A DNA stretch of 42,501 bases from contig JAGVZG010000008.1 in NCBI GenBank assembly GCA_018302765.1, positions 1 to 42,501 on the forward strand, written 5' to 3'. Both the position numbers and the translations under genes were made by a program. Origin of the DNA: Candidatus Woesearchaeota archaeon. Its GTDB lineage: Archaea; Nanobdellota; Nanobdellia; SCGC-AAA011-G17; GW2011-AR18. The notes below the pieces were generated by a model. It searched no databases. It saw nothing but the letters and a program-made list of their open reading frames with translations, and was not told the DNA's origin. Shown one piece after another: positions 37,132-42,501 of the stretch (the stretch's first letter is position 1; each line of letters begins with the position of its first letter).

Positions 37132-37399
37132 CTTCATCCTCCTCCTCTTTCTCCTTTTCTTCCTGTGACAAAAGTAATTCTTCCATTGTCTTTTGCATTA
37201 ATACTAAAACCTTAGGAATGTCATGCTTTCTCAATTGTATGACAGCTTCACGCCAAATTCCTTCATCATCTTTCCAGCTTTTCTGCAAGCTTACTGTCTT
37301 AAAGCCTACAATACTATCATCCTTTAATTTTCTTTCATTAAACCATATTGCAGCTTCTAGCTGTCCTGCTCTAAATTTTTTTATAGGTCTGTTTCCCAT
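37121..37399 (-). CDS. Small protein, possible PC4/Whirly-like ssDNA-binding fold with acidic tail
   Basis: PIKKFRAGQLEAAIWFN...KTVSLQKSWKDDEGIW...LRKHDIPK and EEKEKEEEDEDEQ tail; stop overlaps the radA start. Confidence 0.55.
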   Translation of the reverse strand: MGNRPIKKFRAGQLEAAIWFNERKLKDDSIVGFKTVSLQKSWKDDEGIWREAVIQLRKHDIPKVLVLMQKTMEELLLSQEEKEKEEEDEDEQ

Positions 37400-37867
37400 T
37401 TGTTTCACGCTCCTTGCTTTCGCTTCTTATTTCAATCCTCAAAGAAATCAAATTATAGGAACTTACAATAAAACCTCGTTCCTTTATAGGTTTTTATTTC
37501 AATGAGGTCTAAAATAATATAAGTAGAATTAATATATAAATCCTGTGCGCGTCTCCTGCCATGCCGTCCACACCTATAAAGAAAAATATATTTTACAATA
37601 TATAAATTATCTTTTGTTTATTTATGATCCTAAAAAGTTAACAAAAGCTAAAAAGGTTCATGCAAAATCGTTAGGTGTTAGAAAAGGACTAAATAAGTAT
37701 TTATATAAATTTAAAAGTCCAAGAAATAAGAATGATGCTTTACTTTATATTATTGAAATAATCTAAAATTATATTTGTGGTTCTTTCGTTATACAAAGTT
37801 TATATTCAAATTTATTAAAGTATTATCTTATAGAAAATTTAATAATTAAGGATAATTAAGCTTGAAT

Positions 37868-38332
37868 ATGCCGCACATACACGATAAAATTGACTTTACA
37901 GTTGAAGTGTTCATTGTTTATAACAACAAGGTTCTTTTAAGGAAGCATGATAAATACAAAATGTGGCTTTCTGTAGGTGGGCATATAGAACTTGATGAAG
38001 ATCCAAATCAGGCAGCAATAAGAGAAGTAAAAGAAGAAGTTGGTTTGAACGTTAAATTATCAGGAGTATCAAAATCATTTAAAGACAAAAATGAATACTA
38101 TGAATTAATTCCTCCAAAATTTCTTAACAGGCATAGAATAAACAAAGACCACGAACATATTACTCTGGTTTACTTTGCAGCTTCTGATACTGATAAATTA
38201 AGTTTATCTGATAAAGAATTATCAGAAGAGTGTAAATGGTTTACAAAAGAAGAATTAGAATTGTATGATATTAAAGAAAGTATAAAATTTTATGCATTAC
38301 AAGCACTTGAGGAATTAAAAAATAAACTTTGA
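37868..38332 (+). CDS. NUDIX hydrolase
   Basis: GGHIELDEDPNQAAIREVKEEVG Nudix box. Confidence 0.92.
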   Translation: MPHIHDKIDFTVEVFIVYNNKVLLRKHDKYKMWLSVGGHIELDEDPNQAAIREVKEEVGLNVKLSGVSKSFKDKNEYYELIPPKFLNRHRINKDHEHITLVYFAASDTDKLSLSDKELSEECKWFTKEELELYDIKESIKFYALQALEELKNKL

Positions 38333-38366
38333 ATAGCTTTAAATATATATTATTTAACATATAATT

Positions 38367-38918
38367 ATGCAAAGGTATTTACACTATGCAGCTAATTTTG
38401 GTATAATTAGTTTGTTAATTGGAATTCCTCTTGGAATAATAGATATACTTGAAACATTAAAAGAAGTACAATTAATGTCTTTAAACCTATACATAGCAAT
38501 ATATTTAATATCAATTATTTTTTATGTATTATTTATATATGGGTTTGTTTTGTTGGGAAAAAAAATAAAAAATAAAAAATTAACAACAGCTTCTTATCTT
38601 TTAATTATGGGTTCTGTAACATTAAACTTATTTCAAATATTAACACCATTCTTTCCAAAACTTCAAGGAATTATGTATCAGGCATTAGTATTAGTTGCAT
38701 TGGGAATTGTAAGCATAGTTTTTGGCCGTGCTTTAATAAAACTCCAGTTTCAGTTGGGAAAAATAGCCAAAGCTGCAGGAGTATTAAATATTATAACAGG
38801 AATATCTATGATAACAGTAGTGTTATCTTTTGTTGGTGTTATTTTACTAATTCCTATTTATATGATGGAAATAATAATATTATTTAGAGCGTCTAAAAAC
38901 TTTGACTCTTTATACTAA
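38367..38918 (+). CDS. Membrane protein (DUF996-like)
   Basis: Five hydrophobic helices; AGVLNIITGISMITVVLSFVGVILL pattern. Confidence 0.6.
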   Translation: MQRYLHYAANFGIISLLIGIPLGIIDILETLKEVQLMSLNLYIAIYLISIIFYVLFIYGFVLLGKKIKNKKLTTASYLLIMGSVTLNLFQILTPFFPKLQGIMYQALVLVALGIVSIVFGRALIKLQFQLGKIAKAAGVLNIITGISMITVVLSFVGVILLIPIYMMEIIILFRASKNFDSLY

Positions 38919-38978
38919 TACATGAAAGATTTATTACATGTTAGGACAAAAATTATATTTAGAGAAAAAAAATAAATG

Positions 38979-39857
38979 TTACATGGATTCTAACCTACTT
39001 ATGCGTCCATCAATATCAGGATGAGTAGAGAATAAATTTCCATTCTTAAAAGGATTACTAAAATACAAATGGGCAATTGCCTTGTTGGCTGTAGAACTTG
39101 GATTAGTTCCATCTTCTTTAATTTTCTTCAGAGCATTTGCTAATCCCTGTGGGTGTCTTGTCAATAAAGCGCCGTTTGCGTCAGCCAAAAATTCTCTTTT
39201 TCTAGAAACTGCTAATTTGATTAAAGTCCCGCCTATTGGAGCTAGAATAGCCAAAACCAAAGCAAATACCAAAAAAACAGCAGGAACTTTTCTATCATTG
39301 TCACCGCCTGAATAAAAGAAAGCCCTAATAAAAAAATCACTTAAAAGAATAACAATCCCAACTAAAATTGTAGTTAGCATCATAAACCTTACATCGTAAT
39401 TTTTTATATGGCTCATTTCATGCCCAATAACTCCTTCTAGTTCACTTCTGTTTAATTTTTCCAAAGCGCCAGTTGTGACTGCAATAGATGCTTTTTTTGG
39501 ATTTCTTCCTATTGCCATTGCATTTATTGTTGGGTCTTTTATTACGTATACTTTTGGCATAGGAATGCCTGCAGCAATGCTTAAACCTTCAACAGTATTA
39601 ACCAGGTTAGCATATTGTTTTTTGTCTGCAGGTTCTGCATGACTTGCGCTTAGTACAATGTCATCTCCGCTAAACACACCTATCAATGTTAAAAATATAG
39701 AAACACTAACAGCAATCATAACTCCAGCTAAAACGCTTCCTAAAATTAAACCAATTAAATAGCCTAAAAAAACCATAAAAATTATTACAATTAATACTAA
39801 AAAAACAGAGTTTCTTTTGTTTGCTGCTATATGATCATAAAAACTGACCCTTTCCAT
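38979..39857 (-). CDS. htpX: Membrane zinc metalloprotease HtpX (M48)
   Basis: INAMAIG, ELEGVIGHEMSHIKNYD, SRKREFLAD, FSTHPDIDGRI. Confidence 0.95.
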   Translation of the reverse strand: MERVSFYDHIAANKRNSVFLVLIVIIFMVFLGYLIGLILGSVLAGVMIAVSVSIFLTLIGVFSGDDIVLSASHAEPADKKQYANLVNTVEGLSIAAGIPMPKVYVIKDPTINAMAIGRNPKKASIAVTTGALEKLNRSELEGVIGHEMSHIKNYDVRFMMLTTILVGIVILLSDFFIRAFFYSGGDNDRKVPAVFLVFALVLAILAPIGGTLIKLAVSRKREFLADANGALLTRHPQGLANALKKIKEDGTNPSSTANKAIAHLYFSNPFKNGNLFSTHPDIDGRISRLESM

Positions 39858-39918
39858 ATTATAAGTAATTAGAAACTTCTATAAATAACTTTTTATATTG
39901 TAAATAAAACAATAAAAA

Positions 39919-40251
39919 ATGATTCTTCCTCAAGAAATTGTAGAAAAAGACTTAGAAGAAATACTTGTAGTTGATGACGATAAAAAAGACTACGAGAAAA
40001 TAAAAAATTTAGTATGTATGACCTTGTTCTCAAGATATTATCAAAGGCGCATTTATGCTGCAAGGCAACTTAACATGTGCTTTAAGACAAAAGTTAAAGT
40101 AGAAAAAATTGAGAATAATGCTATAGTTTGTACATATATTAAATTTGGAGACGTTCAAAAATATATACTAGTTGGAAGATACAATAAAGCACTGCTGGAA
40201 GAAGTTCCAGATGATGAAGAAAGATTGCTTTGGGAATTCTATATTTACTAA
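39919..40251 (+). CDS. Hypothetical protein
   Basis: 110-aa ORF with upstream TATA-like box; no motif recognised. Confidence 0.6.
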   Translation: MILPQEIVEKDLEEILVVDDDKKDYEKIKNLVCMTLFSRYYQRRIYAARQLNMCFKTKVKVEKIENNAIVCTYIKFGDVQKYILVGRYNKALLEEVPDDEERLLWEFYIY

Positions 40252-40377
40252 ATACATTTAGAAGAAGAATTACATGGAAAATAAAAATTCCATGTTTTAT
40301 AGAAAATTTAATAAATTTTTATTATTTGTATATTTAAAAACGAAAGATATTTTAATCTTTTTCATGTAATTATTAAA

Positions 40378-40677
40378 ATGAAAAGAAAAGCAACATTATG
40401 TGACTTGTATAATACTTTAAGTTACAGAGAATGGAAAACTGAACCAGAATTAATTGAAGAATTAGAAAAACAAGGAATGAAGGCAGGTCACTTTAGAGGT
40501 ACAATGTACATTAATTTTTATCAATGGGAACAGCAAGGTTATATAACTTCTAGAGAAAGGGAATTATCTATGGTTGCTGCAGCATTAAAGCTAAGAGAAT
40601 ACCTACGTGTTTCTACAGGAATACCAGAAAAAATAATTGAAAAATATACTTGTCTAGAGAACTTAGTTGCTGCATAA
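40378..40677 (+). CDS. Winged-helix protein, PadR-like
   Basis: ELIEELEK...GTMYINFYQWEQQGYITSR resembles the PadR GTLY..L..LE..G.I.S pattern. Confidence 0.5.
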   Translation: MKRKATLCDLYNTLSYREWKTEPELIEELEKQGMKAGHFRGTMYINFYQWEQQGYITSRERELSMVAAALKLREYLRVSTGIPEKIIEKYTCLENLVAA

Positions 40678-40852
40678 AATTTAAACTTAATATATTTTAA
40701 ATATACAAATTATATAATAAAAAGTACAGATAAAATAAGAAACCAAATTTCCAGAAAAAATACAATAAATATAAAATTTATACCAAAACAAATGTTACAA
40801 AAGCCAATATAAACCAATAATAGAAATGTCACATTGAACGCATTAAAATAAT

Positions 40853-41794
40853 TTAACCTCTATAAATAAATTCTTCTTTATCATCGTCTAACGAAAATGC
40901 TCTTTGCCAGTGGGTATCAAATCCAAAAGCAACAGTATAAGGCAGAAATTCATTAAATAATCTTCCTTCCTTAAGAGGATGTTTTTTCACATAGTCAAAT
41001 AGCTCATGGTATTTTTTTCTTAGTATTTTTGTAATTTCGTCTTGATATTTTATTTTCTGTTCAAAGATCTTTGTAGTTTTTTTATTAAAGTATAAAAAAG
41101 CAATAATTCCAAGCAGAGAAATTTGAAAATAAAAAAGAAATACGATTATTCCAAGAAGTCCAACAAATCCAGACATAAAAAATAAACTTTTCTTAGCAAT
41201 AATTCCAGATATTATAAGCCCACATAGAGACAAAAACAATTTAGGTGCAGTCCTAATTAAAAACTTATTAAAAACACTTTTATATATAAACCACTCTTCT
41301 AAGGTTTTAACCAGCCTTTCATACTTATACTTTTTACTCTTGAATATTGCAAATCCCGGATTACCATACTTGTCTACGTAATAAGGGAATTTAAGTTTTC
41401 TTAATTTATTTTCATTATTGTAATAATAACCTGTTAATTCTTCATCAATTATTTCAATGCCGACATCGCTGTATTTAACTTCTTCCTCAAGAACTTTATG
41501 AAGTTTTTTGTCTTTTAATGTAATTTTGAAGTCTTCAATAGTAATTTTTTTCTTACCTGAAAATAAAACATTGAGAAATTCATTTTCAAATTTTAAGCTT
41601 GGTCTTGCTTTAGATAATGATATTAACTCTTTAACTCTTAGTTTTTCCCAGTTAGTTTTTTTGGGTGAAAAATCTATATAACCTTTAATTATAAAATCTA
41701 CAATAGTAGCTATGACTTCCTTGTCAGCTATTCTGCCATCAACAATGTAACCAGCAATACCTGGCCTTAAATTAACTAAAAATTTTTTATTCAT
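40853..41794 (-). CDS. DUF2207-like membrane protein (C-terminal part of family)
   Basis: LRPGIAGYIVDG...IATIVDFIIKGYI, two TMs, FNEFLPYTVAFG...W; located beside lemA. Confidence 0.65.
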   Translation of the reverse strand: MNKKFLVNLRPGIAGYIVDGRIADKEVIATIVDFIIKGYIDFSPKKTNWEKLRVKELISLSKARPSLKFENEFLNVLFSGKKKITIEDFKITLKDKKLHKVLEEEVKYSDVGIEIIDEELTGYYYNNENKLRKLKFPYYVDKYGNPGFAIFKSKKYKYERLVKTLEEWFIYKSVFNKFLIRTAPKLFLSLCGLIISGIIAKKSLFFMSGFVGLLGIIVFLFYFQISLLGIIAFLYFNKKTTKIFEQKIKYQDEITKILRKKYHELFDYVKKHPLKEGRLFNEFLPYTVAFGFDTHWQRAFSLDDDKEEFIYRG

Positions 41795-41797
41795 TGA

Positions 41798-42358
41798 CTA
41801 GAATTTAACTTTTACAGCTTTTCTTTCTTCTTCACTCTCAGTTTTGAAGAACTCTCTTTGTGTAAAATTAAATAACTTAGCTATCAAATTACTAGGAAAA
41901 CTCTGCAGTTTTATATTCCATTCTTGCACGCTGTCATTGTAAAATTGTCTTGCATATGCAATCTTGCTTTCAGTGCCGCTAAGCTCTTCTTGCAATTGCA
42001 TGAAATTTTCACTTGCTCTTAATTTAGGATAGCTCTCAGCAACAGCAAATATAGTCTTTAAAGCGCCTTCCAGCATTCCCTCAGCTTTAGCCATATCTTT
42101 AGGTCCTTTTGCATTCATAAAAGAAGTTCTTGCTTCTGTGATTTCTTTTAAAGTCCCTTTCTCATGTTTCATATAACCTTTAACAGTTTCTATTAAATTA
42201 GGAATTAAGTCAAATCTTCTTTTAAGCTGAACATCAATTTGGCTCCAAGCATTGTCTGCTCTATTCCTTAGTCTAACAAATGAATTGTAAGCTAAAATAA
42301 GCCAAAATATAATTAATACAAAAACAATTATAATAATCCAGCCTAAAGTTAGAGTCAT
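41798..42358 (-). CDS. lemA: LemA family protein
   Basis: [52 protein letters not shown]; ATG at 42358 gives 186 aa. Confidence 0.96.
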   Translation of the reverse strand: MTLTLGWIIIIVFVLIIFWLILAYNSFVRLRNRADNAWSQIDVQLKRRFDLIPNLIETVKGYMKHEKGTLKEITEARTSFMNAKGPKDMAKAEGMLEGALKTIFAVAESYPKLRASENFMQLQEELSGTESKIAYARQFYNDSVQEWNIKLQSFPSNLIAKLFNFTQREFFKTESEEERKAVKVKF

Positions 42359-42403
42359 ATCTAAAGAACTAATTAAGAACTTTATAAACTTTATGGAAAA
42401 CAC

Positions 42404-42501
42404 GGCTCTGTCCTGAGTCTCTAGAACAATACCTAACAAGTTATGGCAGATTAGTCTGCCATATATTTCAGCCTTTATTGTTTTAGCACTTTTAGAGCTT
42501 A
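42404..42501 (-). mobile_element. Probable end of an IS4/IS5-type insertion sequence (transposase C-terminus and terminal repeat), truncated by the window edge
   Basis: Minus frame reads [21 protein letters not shown], like the S+...E.....(Y/H)N(L/I) tail of DDE_Tnp_1 transposases; GGCTCTGT at 42404 resembles the IS903 end GGCTTTGT. Confidence 0.5.

Noticed and set aside
37427-37503. Two ATTTCAAT-containing copies 67 nt apart, reminiscent of CRISPR repeat ends and period
   Set aside because: Only 10 nt are shared, the adjacent sequences do not match, there is no third unit and no cas gene is nearby.
659-37505. Numerous short antisense or overlapping ORFs in the track (e.g. 659-889, 3825-4166, 6362-6703, 9417-9746, 10959-11225, 11909-12178, 17264-17470, 21584-21880, 35114-35455, 36725-36988, 37218-37505)
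   Set aside because: They are shadows of well-supported genes on the opposite strand or in another frame, with Phe/Ser/Ile-rich composition typical of reversed A-rich codons.
37545-37766. 73-aa GTG-start ORF in the radA/NUDIX intergenic region
   Set aside because: No motif, weak start, low-complexity AT-rich content overlapping promoter-like sequence; probably spurious, though not excluded.
42359-42439. N-terminal extension of LemA from the TTG at 42439
   Set aside because: ATG at 42358 gives the normal LemA length with its own TATA-like box; the extension is better explained by the IS-like sequence upstream.
1-42501. A complete DGR cassette (RT, Avd, AAC-rich template repeat)
   Set aside because: No ORF has RT motifs such as YxDD in an RT context, and I found no AAC-rich near-copy of 16321-16430 in the intergenic gaps; only target-like genes are supported.
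1-42501. tRNA, rRNA, SRP RNA or inteins
   Set aside because: No intergenic gap has the length and GC-rich cloverleaf or helix structure needed; RadA and the other core proteins have normal lengths without intein motifs.

Overview
This AT-rich window (roughly 30% GC by eye) looks like chromosomal DNA from a small-genome DPANN/Nanobdellota archaeon, probably Woesearchaeota/Pacearchaeota-like. That placement is inferred from gene content and style, not from a search. Core genes include srp54, ftsY, truD, apgM, the GINS-rpl44e-rps27e-eIF2alpha-nop10-PAC2 superoperon, an EndoQ-type PHP nuclease, geranylgeranyl reductase, a prepilin peptidase, EF-1beta, carS, radA, htpX and lemA. Accessory blocks lie between them. 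The most notable items are: (1) an adjacent pair of exported proteins with peptidoglycan-directed domains (twin-arginine LysM-M23 endopeptidase and lipobox OmpA-like/vWA protein) in an archaeon; (2) two paralogues of a probable DGR variable protein, one with a GC-rich VR-like 3' end and hairpin and one frameshifted, with no RT or TR in the window; (3) an ADP-ribosylglycohydrolase-HD fusion converging on a large protein with a nucleoside-phosphorylase-like C-terminus; (4) an FtsY carrying an inserted histidine-phosphatase domain; (5) a probable IS end whose transposase frame runs without a stop into lemA. No tRNA, rRNA or CRISPR array was found. All domain calls come from reading motifs by eye, and several start codons were moved from the ORF track to a nearby ATG.
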